A stretch of DNA of 64,000 nucleotides from Fonticula alba ATCC 38817 (taxonomy: Eukaryota; Protista; Nucleariida): NCBI GenBank assembly GCA_000388065.2, contig KB932202.1; one strand, given 5' to 3'. The notes beneath the pieces were generated by a model. That model made no database searches and was not told where the DNA came from. It worked only from the letters and a program-made list of their open reading frames with translations. Each line of letters starts with the position of its first letter. The stretch's first letter is position 1. Shown one piece after another: positions 1-12,734 of the stretch. The translations under genes and the position numbers were made by a program.

Positions 1-3000
1 CACCTTCCACCAGGCCGAGCTGGACCCGGTGGCCTTCCGGGCCGAGGTGGCCGCGCAGATGGAGCAGCATGCCCGGTCGGCCCGGGCCCTGGCCGAGGCC
101 CCGGCCGGCCAGCCCGGGGCCGAGGTCATCCTGACGGTCCTCCGGGCCGGCCGGGAGATCCCCCTGCCGGAGCACGATGCCACCATTCGCCCGGGGGACC
201 TGCTGTGCCTGGCGGCCCCCGGGCCGCCGGAGCGCGACACGCACCACATCATCTTCGAGGGCCAGCGCGTGGGCGTCCCGGCGGCGGATCTGGTCCCGGT
301 GTTTGATGTGCGTCGTGAGGCGTGGCCCTGTGCCTGGGTCTTTTCCCATTGCCCGCTCTTTTCCCATTGCCCGCTCTTTTCCCATTGCCCGCTCTTTTCC
401 CATTGCCCGCTCTTTTCCTTTTGCCCATCTGGCGGGTGGGGGACCGGGGGGACCGCCTCCGACGCGGCCTCTCGGCCGGCCTGCCGGCCTGCCTGCCCCT
501 TTCGCTGACGCCTCCGCTCGTGGGCCCCGGGCAGATCTTCGTCGACCGCTCCGACTGCCGGACCTTCGCCGGCACCAGCGACCTGATGGGGCTGCTGTCG
601 CAGCTGGCCGCGTCGGCCGTGCGGGCCGCGCACCATGCCCGGACGCATGCGCTGCCGCGGCCGCGCGCGGTCGGCCTCTTCGGCGGCCTGGTGGGGCTGA
701 TCTTCTCGGCGGTTCAGCTGGCCCAGCTGGCCAGCGGCGTGGCGCACCGGATCTACCTGAACCGTGATGTGCGCCTGCTGCAGCACGGCTCGCAGCAGGT
801 CCTCCGCGCCCTGGCCGACCTGCTGGAGGCCATGCGCAAGGGTACGTCCCCGGCGGCGCATGAGCCCGCGCATACACCACCATCCCCGCGCGCCCTGCCG
901 ACGCGCCCACCATGCCCCGTCGACTCACCTCGCACCCACGCACGCTGCACGCTGCACGCTGCACGCTGCACACCGCACACTGCACCCTGCACGCTGCACG
1001 CTGCACACCGCACGCCGCACACCGCACACCGCACACCGCACACCGCACACCGCACACACACAGCCTTCATCGTCAATGAGGCGCGCCTGCGCCGGGCCGA
1101 CTCCGATCACCTGTCCCTGACCCAGGTGCACGCCCTGCTGTCCGGGGTGCTGGACCTGAGCCGGGCCCTCAAGGAGCTGACCATGTCGCTGCTGCCGATC
1201 GCCCGGCACCCGCGCGGCCTCGGGCCCTCGGCCAGCGGCGTGGACAGCGTCGTGCGGGTCCTCCGCGACCGGCTCTACCTCTTCCAGGCCCCCGGGGACT
1301 TTGCCGCCCAGGCGGCCCTCTTCCGCCGCCGGCTCGCCGACTGCCTCCGGGCCCTGTCCTCGGTGGATGACGTCGGCACGGCCTTCCGCTCGTCGGCCCT
1401 GTCACTGGCCGCCGGGCTGGACCTGCTCTTTGCCCTGTCGCGCACGCACACCGTACGTCGGCCGCCGGGCCCTGCTTCCTCTCCCGGCCCCCCCCCCCCC
1501 CCCCGGGCCGCCGCCTCTCTGACCCTCCTCCCTCCGTCGCCATGCACCCGGGGGCCTGCTGTGCCGCTGCAGCTCAACCTCCAGCCCCTGGTGGACCCCC
1601 ACCGGCTGGTGGCCTCGGCCGTGCGGGCCATCCAGCCCCTCATGCTGGAGGTGATGCCGGTGTACCAGCACAACAAGACCACCGTGCGGGAGCTCTTCAA
1701 CACCGTGTCGGGCGAGCACCTGAAGCAGGTCCAGCGCCAGGTGGACGCCTGCCTGGCACACCCGTCGGTGGCCGGGGGCCCGGACGCGGCGGCCGACGCC
1801 GATGCCTACTCCGGCCGCGTGCCGGCCGCCGTGGACGCCATGTCCAAGGAGATGGTGCAGGGCATTTCCACGCTCATGGCGGCCGTCCACCGCGAGGAGA
1901 AGACCCGCTACGGGGAGNNNNNNNNNNCGGCCGCCGTGGACGCCATGTCCAAGGAGATGGTGCAGGGCATTTCCACGCTCATGGCGGCCGTCCACCGCGA
2001 GGAGAAGACCCGCTACGGGGAGATCGTGGACGGGCTCCGGGTGACGGCCGGCCGGCTGCTGGATGCCATCCACCAGGACCTGGCCGTGGGCAAGGGCATC
2101 ACCGGCATCCGGGGCTTCGAGGAAATCGTCAATGCCACCCTCTCCAAGCAGCAGTCCTCCGGCAGCGGGCGCATCATGTCCGGGCAGGGGGCCCTCTCGC
2201 TGCAGGCCTTGGGCCTGGATGGCGGGGCGTCGGCGGCGGACTTGCCGGCGGCCGCGGCCGCCGCCACCACCACCGGCACCTCGTCCATCACCCTGGCCGG
2301 GTCGGTGGCCGGGGCGGCCGATGCCGGGCACCTGGTCGGCCTGCCGAGTGACATGCTCACCGGCAGCGTGGACGCCATGCGGGCCTGCTTCGACCAGCAT
2401 GTCAAGCGCCTGATGGGCATCATCGTGCAGGTGGTCCCGCAGAAGGAGCGCCAGACCGTGGCCCCGGCCGAGGTGGCCCGCTGTGTCCAGGCCTTCGATG
2501 CCATCCTGGCGGCGGTGGACCCGCTGCCGGGGCGGGTGCACACGGCCACCGTGGCCGATGGCCTGGACACCCGCCGCCGGGAGCTCCAGTCGGCGGTGCT
2601 GCGCTTCCAGCTGGCGGCCAAGGAGTGCGCCGGGCTGGTGGCCACCGAGGCGGCGGTCACCGCCTTCCGGGCCGCCTGCCTCGGGGGGCTGGCCGCCGTG
2701 AAGGCCCTGTCGGCCGCCGTGGACGNNNNNNNNNNCGGGCTGGTGGCCACCGAGGCGGCGGTCACCGCCTTCCGGGCCGCCTGCCTCGGGGGGCTGGCCG
2801 CCGTGAAGGCCCTGTCGGCCGCCGTGGACGAGGCCATCTCCGACATCGGGGCCCTCGGCTGCGCCCTGCCGCACATCGATGCCACGGTCAGTGCCTCGCT
2901 CCAGGGGGCCGGGGCCGGTGGTTCGGCGGCCGGCATGCCCTCGGCGGGGGCCGGCCACGGCCCCGGGCCCGGCGCCAATGGCCCCCTGGCGGCCCCGGCC

Positions 3001-6000
3001 GTGGCCGCGTCGCCCCTGTCTCCCTTCGCCCAGGCGCCGGGTGAGGCCGGCGGCATGCCGGCCGGCGGGCCCATTCGCCGGCTGCCCATCAGCCGCCGGT
3101 CCAGCCAGTACGGCGCGCCGGCCGGCGCCGGCGGGCTGCTCCCGGGCCACGGCGCCTCGGGCTCCAGCCCCGCCGCCGGGGCCAAGCCCTTCTCGCCCTT
3201 TTCGCCGTTTGCCGCGGCCGGGGGGGCCTCCCCGGCGGCCGAGGCCGCCGCCGGTGTCACCTCGCCCCCGATGGCCGGCGTGCACTCGCCCTTCGCCCCG
3301 GCCCCCGCGGCCGGCGCCGGCCCGCATTCGCCCTTCGCCCCGCCGATGGATTCGGTACGCCCGCATGCCTGTGGTGCCCGCCGCCTCCGGGCCCGGAGGC
3401 GCGGCCGGGCAGGACGCGCCCCCCCCCCCGGCCGATGCCCCTCCCCCTTTGCTGACCCCGCTCTCGCCTGCCATCCCCATGTGTCGCCCGGCCTGACCGG
3501 CCAACCCGGTGGGCTGGGCAGCTCGCCAAGCCGGCCCCCGCGGGGGTCGGCCAGCGGACCGGCCCGGCGCCGCCCCTCAACCGGCGCCTGTCCACCATGG
3601 GCATGCCGAATGCCGGCAGCAGCGGGTCCTTCGACCTGGGCCCCGGGGCCACGGCGGCCGGGGTGCTGGAGCCCCGCAAGCAGTCGCTCAACAGCTGCAT
3701 GAGCCTCATCTATGAGCATGTGGTGAAGCTGCGCCTGCAGGTGAACCTGGCGGCCGGCGTCTGGCCGCCGCCCACCATCGTCGACGACATCCTCAGCTGC
3801 TGCCAGACCATCGCCAAGTCCATGAAGGGCATCCTGATGATCTTCGAGGATGTGGTGTCGGCCGAGCGCCAGCGCCTGGCCATCGAAAAGCAGGCCATCC
3901 TCAGCCAGTGGGGCGCCGAGCGGCTGGACATCCAGGCCGTGGCCATTGTCCTGGCCCTGCAGGGGGTCATCGTGGCCGAGCACCGCCAGCAGGAGGAGGT
4001 CGAGGAGCGCCGGAAGTACATCCAATCGCGGCAGGAGAAGTTCGCCACCCCCTCGGAAACCTGGCGCCAGAAGTCCAAGAACATGGACTACGAGCGCTTC
4101 TACTCCGGGCTCTGCACGCCGAACCTCCTGGGCGACGACACGGCCCTCATGGAGCTGGCCACCGGGCCCGGGAGCCAGGCCCCGGCCGCCCCGGCATCGC
4201 CCACGGACCAGGCCCCGGCCGAGGCGGCCGGCGCCACCTCGCGCCACGTGCCGGCGGCCAATGGCTTCCTCACGCAGGATGGCGACCTGGCGCTGGACAT
4301 CCGCCACGACGCGTCCACCAACATGCGGCGGTTCTTCGTGCGGGCCGGCACGCCGGAGGCCCTGGTCCGGCTGCTGGTGTCCAATGTCTACATCGGCATG
4401 GAGTACCCGCAGGCCTTCTTCATGTCCTACCGGTCGTTCGCCTCGCCGTCGGAACTGCTGTCCATGATCATCGAGCGGTATAACATCACCCCGCCGGATT
4501 ACCTGGAGCACCCGTGCCAAATCGAGTACTACTATGTCAAGCGCATTGTGCCGATCCGCGAGCGGGCGGTGGTGGTGCTGAACATGTGGCTGACCCAGCA
4601 CTTTGAGACGGACTTCCTGGCCGAGCAGCAGGCCCTGCTGGAGCAGCTCCAGGCCTTCCTCCGGGGGCGCATGCGGGTCACCGACGAGCCGCATGCCCTG
4701 CTGCTGGAGCGCTCCATCGAGCGCCGGTTCCAGGTGGCCCGGGGGGCGGCGGCGGCGGCGGCGGCGGCGGCCGCCGCGGCGACCGGCGACCCGGGCGATG
4801 CGGATGCCGCGGATGCCGCGGCCGCCGCGGCCGGCGTGTCCACCGGCGTGTCGGGCTACACCACCGGCGGCCCGGCGGCCCTGTCGGAGTCGCAGCTCCG
4901 CAGCGCGCCGCCGGTGCTCAAGCCGACGGCCTTCTTCGCCCCGGCGGCCGACGCCTCGGACCTGCTGTTCATCGACCCGCTGGAGGTGGCCCGCCAGCTG
5001 ACCCTCATCGATTACCAGCTCTTCTCCACCATCCGCGGCAAGACCGAGCTCATGAACCAGGCCTGGTCCAAGGACTCGCTCAAGCACCGGGCCCCGAATG
5101 TCCGGGCCCTGATCAAGCGCTCCAACGACCTGACCTACTTTGTGGCCACGGAGTTGCTCCGGTGCCGGTGCATGGGCGAGCGCCAGCGCCGGCTGGCGCA
5201 CTTCATCCTGGTGGCCTCGCGGTGCATGCAGCTTGGCAACATGAATTCCGCCTTCTCGGTGTACGCCGGCCTGGCCTCCTCGCCCATTCACCGGCTCAAG
5301 CGCACCTGGGCGCCCATCCTGTCCGGCGGCAAGTCCGGCGTGGAGCCCGTGTCCGAGGGGTCGGTCATGCACCAGCAGCAGCTGGCGGCCACGGCTGCCG
5401 CGGCCGCGGCCGCCGCCGCCGCCGCCGCCTCTGCCGCTGCGTCCGCCGCCGCCCTGCAGCTGCCCTCCACGCCGACGTCGCAAGACCAGCGCAGTCCCAA
5501 GACCCCGTGGGTCGCGGCCCCCGGCGCCGGGTCCACCGAGGCCACCCCTTCGCCCTCGGCGGCGTCCAGCTCCACCGACATGCCGGTGGCCGCGTCGCTG
5601 CGTGACCTGCATGCCCAGCCGGCTGGCGGTGTGGTCGCGGCGACCGCCCAGCCGCCCTTGTCGCCGGGCGGCGCGACGCCGCCGGTCGGCCCGGCGGACG
5701 GCCTGTCCGTGGCCATCCCCCCGGCCGGGTCGGTGTCCGCCGCCGGGCAGCCACTCACCCCGAGCGACCTGGCCCGGTTGAAGGCCGCTCGCGCGGCGGC
5801 CGTGGCCGCGGCCCCGCCGGTGGCCCTGACCGTGGCCGGCATCGCCGCCGGCGACCAGGCCCTCTTCGAGCAGGCCGCCGAGGCGTGGACCCATCTGGAG
5901 AGCATCACCAGCCCGGCCAAGAACCACGGCGCCTACCGGCAAATTCTCCAGGGCGCCAGCGCGCCCTTCATCCCCTTCCTCGGTGCGTTTACCTCCATCC

Positions 6001-6452
6001 CGCCGCGCGGCAGGGGGGGGTGCCTCCCCCTCCTCCTCCTCCTCCGGGGGCCCCTCTCGGATGTGGGCAGCATGCTGACCTGTGTTTGTTTGTTTGTTTG
6101 TTTGTTTGCTTTTTTCTCTCGCGGCGCGTCCCCTCGGCCAGGCCTCTACCTGACGGATTTGGTCTTCATCGACGACGGCAACCCCGACACGGTGTTCCTG
6201 CCGCCGACCGAGAAGAACTGCTTCACCTCCACGGTGGCGGTCAACTTCGACAAGCACTTCAAGGCCTTCCAAATCATCTCGGAGATCGAGCGCTTCCAGT
6301 CGATCCCCTTCGCCTTCCGCACGTGGACCGAGCTGCTGGAGATTCTCCTGTCTCGTTGCGACGCCAGTTTGCTGTTCGACGATAACATGATGTACCAGCA
6401 GTCCCTGGTGGCCGAGCCGCGCGCCGCGCGCCGGCCCATCGCCCGGTCCTGA
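1..6452 (+). CDS. Ras guanine-nucleotide exchange factor (REM + CDC25 domains), 5' end outside window
   Basis: Exons <1-307, 535-841, 1064-1452, 1573-3354, 3522-5982, 6142-6452; all GT-AG with consistent phases. REM-like RAGTPEALVRLL...YPQAFFMSYRSFASP. CDC25 motifs DPLEVARQLTL, NMNSAFSVYAGL...IHRLKRTW and PFIPFLG|LYLTDLVFIDDGNPD...VNFDK (rejoined across intron 5983-6141). Stop TGA 6450-6452. Confidence 0.93.
340..418. repeat. Intronic 18-nt tandem repeat (CTTTTCCCATTGCCCGCT) x4 plus partial copy
   Basis: Read directly from the sequence; lies in RasGEF intron 308-534. Confidence 0.95.
938..1060. repeat. Intronic degenerate heptamer microsatellites (GCACGCT / GCACACC)
   Basis: Read directly; lies in RasGEF intron 842-1063. 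Confidence 0.85.
1823..2022. other. Assembly artefact: 95-nt exact duplication flanking a 10-N gap
   Basis: 1823-1917 is repeated at 1928-2022, separated by N at 1918-1927. Confidence 0.92.
2631..2830. other. Assembly artefact: 95-nt exact duplication flanking a 10-N gap
   Basis: 2631-2725 is repeated at 2736-2830, separated by N at 2726-2735. Confidence 0.92.
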
Positions 6453-6680
6453 GAGCCGGGCCAGCGGCGGAGCGCCCTCCCCGCCCCGCCGGCCGGGCGC
6501 GTGCCGCGAATACCAGCGATTTTGTTGCCCATGTGACAGCCTGCCAGGAGGGGCAAAGGAGCAAGGGGGGCGGTGGGGTGGGCAGGGCGAGTGCAATCCC
6601 CGGTCGGTGGTGTATTGGGCCAGGGCGTGTGTCTGGAGGGTGCCCCCGGGGCATGGTGGCCCGGGCCGGAGGGGGGCCCT

Positions 6681-8835
6681 TCAGTAGCCGAACCGGTCGT
6701 TGAGGCTGGTTCGGCCGTCGCCGGTTTGCCCGGCGGGTGGCTTCCACCCGGCGCCGGGGGCCCGGCCGCCCACTGTGGCCAGGGGGATGGTCTCGTCCGG
6801 GAGGATGTCCGAATCGTCGGGCGGCGGCGGCGGCGGCGGCAGGACCCCAGGCCGCGGGCGCTTCGGCGCGGGCGACGCCTCCTGCGTGTCCTCCGGCCCG
6901 GGGCGCTTAGGCCCGGGGGCGACCGGCTTCGGGCCCACTGGCTCCCCGGGGGCGGCCGGCTTCGGGCCCACTGGCTCCCCAGGGGCGGCCGGCGTCGGGA
7001 CCGTCGGCTCAGGCGCGGCCGGCATCGAGGACGCCGATTCAGGGGCCTTCGGCCCGGCGGCCGCGGCCGGCGCGCGGGCAAATGCGAAGGCCGAAGCCGA
7101 GGGAGCCGCCACAGCGAGCAACTTATCAATCTGGACCAGGGCCTGTGGCAGGCGTGGGAGTGGGCGACGAGGGGAGCGGGCAAAAGGGGACGACCAAACA
7201 GTGGGTCAGACGGGGCCAGCCTGCAAGGGAGGGAGAGAGACACAGGGATGCGAGGCCTTCCCACATACCTCCTCCGCCTGTTGGGACGCTCGCCGGATGG
7301 CCGGCAGACGTTCGGTCAGCTCGTCCAGACGCAGGCGCGTGACATAGGCATCGATGTCGTCCTGCTTGGTGGCCCGCTGTCGGAGCGCCGCCGCCTCCGT
7401 GGCTGGCAGACCGGCCGTGCGTGTGCCGTCGCAAGTACATTGTCAGCATGCGGATGGGTGGCCCAGGGCCGGGGAGGGAGGAACGCAAGGAGAGAGAGAG
7501 AGAGGGGGAAAGAGAGGGACCACCCCCGGGGCAGGGCAGGAGGCCCACGCACTGATGTCCTGAAGCGCGCAGGCCAAGATCCGCTGGCCCTGCTCCACGC
7601 GCGCGCGGTCTGCCTGCAGCGACGCCAGCGAATGGACGCCGCGCTCGTCGAACCACACATACCGGTGACTGGCCAGCTGCTCGGCCGAGGCCGGGGCCGC
7701 CCCGCCGGTGGTCGTCTCGTCGGCCGCCGCGTCGCCGTGTGTCCGGTCGAAGAAGTCGTCGCGGTCGCTGCGCCCGGCTCGCGACACCGGGCCCGACCGC
7801 CGGCCTAGGTGCCCCCGCTTGTGCAGGACCCCCAGATGGAAGAGCTTCCGGCAGGCGTCCAGGATGGCGGACAGCTCGGCGTCGCGCTTTCGCGAGGCAT
7901 CGCCCGTGCCATTGACCTCTGCAAGGGCAAGCGGACCAGCGGGCAGGCAGCCCCGTGCACCGGGGGGGGGGGGGGGGGGGGCCCGGCGGGGGCCTGGGTG
8001 CTTGCTTTGCGCCCCGGCGCGCATGCGCACAGAGCCCGATGCACCCACCGGGCCAGGCACAGGCGACCCGAAAGCAGGGGGCCCGGAAGCCACGAAAAGA
8101 AACCCGACACCCGGAGGAACACAAGAAGGAGGACCGGGAAGTGCGCAAACCGGGGACACAAAAGAGGGACAGGCGTCAGCGGCAGCCGGGGAAAGGGGCA
8201 GATAGGAAGGGAGAGAGAGAGAGGGAGAGGGAGAGGGAGAGAGAGAGAGAGAGAGAGAGAAACCAGCCCCCGACCAGCGGAGTTGGCCAAGCACGCACGG
8301 TCGCCATCGCGATTGTACAGAGGCAGGCTGACGGTGGCGAAGAAGTGCGGCCCGGGGCCGCGCGTGGCCCGGGCGAAGCTGCTGGCCGAGCCCCCGCGCC
8401 GGCCGCCGAAGTCCAGCTCGTCGTCCTCGTCGTCGCGCATGCCGACGCGCCGGCCGCCGCGCTCCTCGACCACCTCCACCTCCATGGCCTCGCCGCGGGA
8501 CTCGAACCAGGCCGCCAGGACTCGGCGTGGCTCCGACGCGTACGACGCATCGTCCCGGTCCACCGCCAGCGGCGCATCGGTCATGTCCCCGGCGAAGTTG
8601 TCATCGTGAGCCCGGGGGTCATCCTCGCCATCCTCCTGCTCCTCGGGCCTGCGAAGCGGGTCAGTGCCGGGCCGCATGAAGAGAGCGAGCAAGCGGCGAG
8701 AAGGGCAAAAAGAAAGCAAGAACAGGAGCAGAAGAGAGGGAGGGGGCGGGGCGGGACACAACACAGGCGCCGGCGCCAGTGGGAGGCCAAGCGCACCGTC
8801 GCGATGTGACCATGCCCGAGTCCTTCTTGGAGGGT

Positions 8836-8883
<48 letters not shown>

Positions 8884-9739
8884 GCGGCCAGCAACTCGCG
8901 GCGCTCGGCCGCCTCCAGCCGGTCGGCCGCCTCGTCGGTGGTGTTCAGCACAAAGGTGCGCGTGCTGGCCCCGAAGGCGATCCGGTCGCCGGAGAATACC
9001 CGCAGGTGCCGGTGCGGCGAAACGCGCTGCTCATTCAGGAAGGTCCCGTGCGTGCTGCCGAGGTCCACGAGGAAGATCTTGCCTGGGAGGGCCACACCAG
9101 CCCCGGGCCCCCGGCGGGGGAAGGAGCAAAGCCGGTCAGTCACGCGGCCAGCGGAGGGGAGGCCTCCCCCCCCCCCCCTCTTCCCCGGGGGAGGCGGGGA
9201 GCCGCACCGATGGATCCCGGCCCAAGCACGTACCCGAGCTGCAGAACTGCAGCACCGCATGGTAGCGCGAGATCGACGCATGGGTCTGCACCAGGTCCGA
9301 GTGCGGGATGCGGCCTGTGACCGGGGCCCCCACACCCGACCCCCGGCCCCGGCGCCGACGCCGGCGGGCGCAAGGCGCACCATCAAATGGGTCAGTATCG
9401 GAGCCCGGCGGAAAAGACCCCGGGCGCGGTGAGGGACCCATGCACGGGAGAAGGCCCGCCCGGCGGGGCACCGCACGCACCGACAACGAAAAAGGCATGG
9501 CCATGGGCATGGAGGTCCAGCTCCCCGAGCAGCTGGTCCTCCTTGAAGACGTCCAGCGTATACCGGTGGGCCAGCGGCGCCCCGCTGGCCAGCGGGGTGT
9601 ACCGCAGGGCCGGCACCCCCTCCGGCGGATTGAAGAAGTCAATGCGCTCGGCGGCCGGAACCGGCGCCGGGGCCGGCTGGGGCGCAGGCTCGCCGCCAAA
9701 GGTCGGCCGGGCAAAGCCGTCATCCGCGTCGTGGCTCAT
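6681..9739 (-). CDS. SLC4A1AP: Kanadaptin-like FHA-domain protein (~645 aa)
   Basis: Exons 9739-9481, 9314-9234, 9082-8797, 8648-8299, 7918-7553, 7402-7269, 7142-6681; total 1938 nt, in frame. FHA motifs VVG|RIPHSDL...HASISRYHAVLQ and LVDLGSTHGTFLN...FGASTR. Internal DDFFDRT and DDIDAYV. Family C-terminus WKPPAGQTGDGRTSLNDRFGY*. Confidence 0.9.
8838..8882 (-). repeat. (CAG)15 polyglutamine tract just after the FHA domain
   Basis: 15 CTG units on the + strand within kanadaptin exon 3. Confidence 0.95.
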
Positions 9740-10116
9740 CGGGCAAAGGAGAGGGCCGGCGGGCGGGCGGGCGGGCGGGCGGGCGGGCAAGAGGGAAGAG
9801 AAAGAGGCAGAGAGAGAAGGAGGCAGAGAAGGTCTATCTCGTATGTATTTTCCACTGAGGCAGGGGAAGGCAAAGGGGGTGCCCGGCCTTCAAGGGGGCA
9901 GGCGATCGCGGCCGCCCCCCCCCCGGCACATCCGGCACATCCGGCACATCCGGCCCCCCGAGGCCCGGGGCCAGACACGAGAAGCCCCCGGAGTTGGAGG
10001 CCACAAAAGGAAACCACCAACCAGCGAGAGATCTACCAGCCAGGGCGATCTGGCGCGGCGGGGACAGCCGAGTGCCAACGCTCGCGGCCGGGCGGCGGGG
10101 GGGGGGGGACCAGCGT

Positions 10117-11908
10117 CTAGGGCCTCTCCGCGGGAGCCGCCGGCTGGAAGAAGGAGATCTCCAGCACCGCCAGGCCCAGCTCCATGAAGAGGTGCCCCCG
10201 GAGGTCCGGCCGGGCGAAGAGGTCCGGCCGCGACTTGGCCCCGGGCCGGACCAGAGCCCCGACATAGGCCGCCTGCACGGAGGACGGCTTGAACTCCGGC
10301 GCGTGGAGGGCCTCGCCCGGCGTGGCCGGCTGGGGGACCGCGATCTCCGGGCACCCGGCCCCCGGGTCCAGGAGCCCGGTCGGCGTGAGCCCCTCCACAT
10401 GGGGGGCCGCCGGCTCGGTCGGGTCCCGCGAGTAGAAGACCTCCGGCAGGAGGAAGACCGGCGCCTCGGCCGGCTTGGCCGTGGCGGCCAGCACCTGCTG
10501 GAAGCCCGGCGCTATGGGGCCCAAGCGGACGGCGGTCAGCGAGCGGCACACGGCCAGACGCCCACCCGGCAGGCAGCAGGGGAAGGACGGCGACGGCGGC
10601 GGGAGGCGGGGCAGCAGGCGCACCGATATTTGAAAGGGAAAAAATGAGCAGGGCACCGGACACCGGTGGCCTGATGGGGCAGCCGGCGGCGCAGGCGCCA
10701 GGCCCGCCGGGGCCCGGCCCGGCGCACTGCCCGTCGGCGCAGATCCCCAGCGTCCCGAGCGCCTCCAGGAGGGCCACCCCGGCCAGGGCGCCGAGCTCTG
10801 GCCGTGCGCGCGCACGCGTGCAGAGACAGGGGCGGGAGTGGAGCACGGGTCAGGGAGCGGGCGAAGGAAGGGAGAGCAGAAGGAGAGGAGCGGGGGGGGC
10901 AGGGGACGCGACAGTGTCCGCGCAAGGGGCGCGGCCCAGGCCACTGGCACGCACTCAGAGTCCGCAGGTCCAGCAGCACGGACACCGGCTGCAGGCAGAC
11001 CCCCGGCCGGTCGGCCGGGCAGTGCCGACAAATGGCCGCCCACTTGCAGGGCAGGAGGGTCACTCGCTTGACGATGCTGCTGGCGCAGGGGCCGGCGGCC
11101 TTGCCGACCGGGCCGGCCCGCTGCAGCAGCAATTGGTCCAGGCGCTCCAGATACGGCAGGACATTGGCCTGGGTGGTGCTCAGCACGGAGCTGATGGACG
11201 CCGGCAGCCGGGGATACCCGGGCCGGCCGGCCAGCGTCCCCTCAAAGGGACAATTGTCCGCCTCCACCAGGCGGTCCGTCAGGCGAGCGGTGAACACACC
11301 GGCCGTGGGCTGGCACTTCCAGCCTGGAGTTGCACCCGGCACCGGCAGGGGGTAGGGGGGGGGGGGGGGGCAGGAGGCCACAGCGTGGCAAGTGGAAACC
11401 CAGCGACGGACGGATTAGCGACGCCAAATGATCGGGCGAAGGGCCGGCAGCAGGAGGAGCAGGAGGAGCAGGAGGAGCAGGAGGAGGGGCGGAACCCCGG
11501 GCGCACCGATAATCGGGATGTCCACGGCGAAGTGGCCCCCCACGCCGGCAGCCAGCAGGGCATCCACATCGCCGCCGGCCCCGGGCCATGCGGTCGCCAG
11601 CCACCACAGGGCACAGGCCCAGGCCACCGGGAGCCCCGGGTCGGCGGCCAGCGAGTCGGGCAGCGGATGCACCTCGGACGCATGGCCGCCCTTGGCCGCC
11701 GGCCGCACGAGCAGCAGCCCGGCATCGCAGCGCAGGGCGCACGTCGGCAGCACCGGCTACCAGGGCGAGGGCCGGTTCGAAAGCGTGAGCCGGCATGGTC
11801 AGAAGCGCCGGGCCGCCACCAGAGCAAAGACATGTCAAAGGGAGCAGGAAAGCCGCACGAAGACCGGGCCATGCACAGCACAGGACAACACACACACACA
11901 CACACACA

Positions 11909-11945
<37 letters not shown>

Positions 11946-12414
11946 ACACACACGCGTACCTGACGGCCGATCAAGCGGCCAACACGCTCGGCGCACATGC
12001 CTACCAAGTCCGGCCAGGCGGCCAAGGCCCCGGAGCAGCCAGCACCCGGCGCCAGGCTCACCGCACACGCGGCCCGCATGACCTCCACCCCGGCAAGCAG
12101 GTCCGGCGGCGACTCGGCCAGTAGGCTGGCCAGCTGCTGCAGGGGCTTTCGCGGCAGGGTAAACTCCAAGCGCCAGCCGAAGGTCGCGCCCACGCTCACC
12201 AGCAGCGCAATCGTCAGACCAGGAGCCGGTGGCGCCGGTTCGGGCTCTGGCTCCGGCTCCGGCTGCAACCGCGACAACGATCCAGGCCGAGACTGCGACT
12301 GAGACTGCGACTGCGACTGCGACTGCGACTGCGACTGCGACTGCGACTGCGACTGCGACTGAGAGTGTAACTGCGACTGAGAGTGCAACTGCGACTGAGA
12401 GTGCAACTGCGACT

Positions 12415-12455
<41 letters not shown>

Positions 12456-12698
12456 TGCGGCCGTGAGTCCGGGATTCGGCCCAGTGGAGCTGGAGAGGGA
12501 GCCGGCAGGGGGGAGCATGCTCCCGGAGCCAAAGAGGCATGCCTTGCCCTGGCGGCCAAAACACGACGCGAGGACACCCGGCGCCGGGAGACAACCCCCC
12601 CGGTAACGAGGTCCATGTAGGTTGGATGGGGCTTCGCCGGGTCATTGGCCACGCCCGGGCCGGCACCTCGGGCCCTGTCTACCGGGGCATCATGGACC

Positions 12699-12734
<36 letters not shown>

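Noticed and set aside
340-418. CRISPR-like direct repeats
   Set aside because: Head-to-tail 18-mers with no spacers, inside an intron, with no cas genes.
2013-6596. 1527-aa antisense ORF over the RasGEF
   Set aside because: Shadow frame produced by high GC3 in the sense gene; no recognisable motifs.
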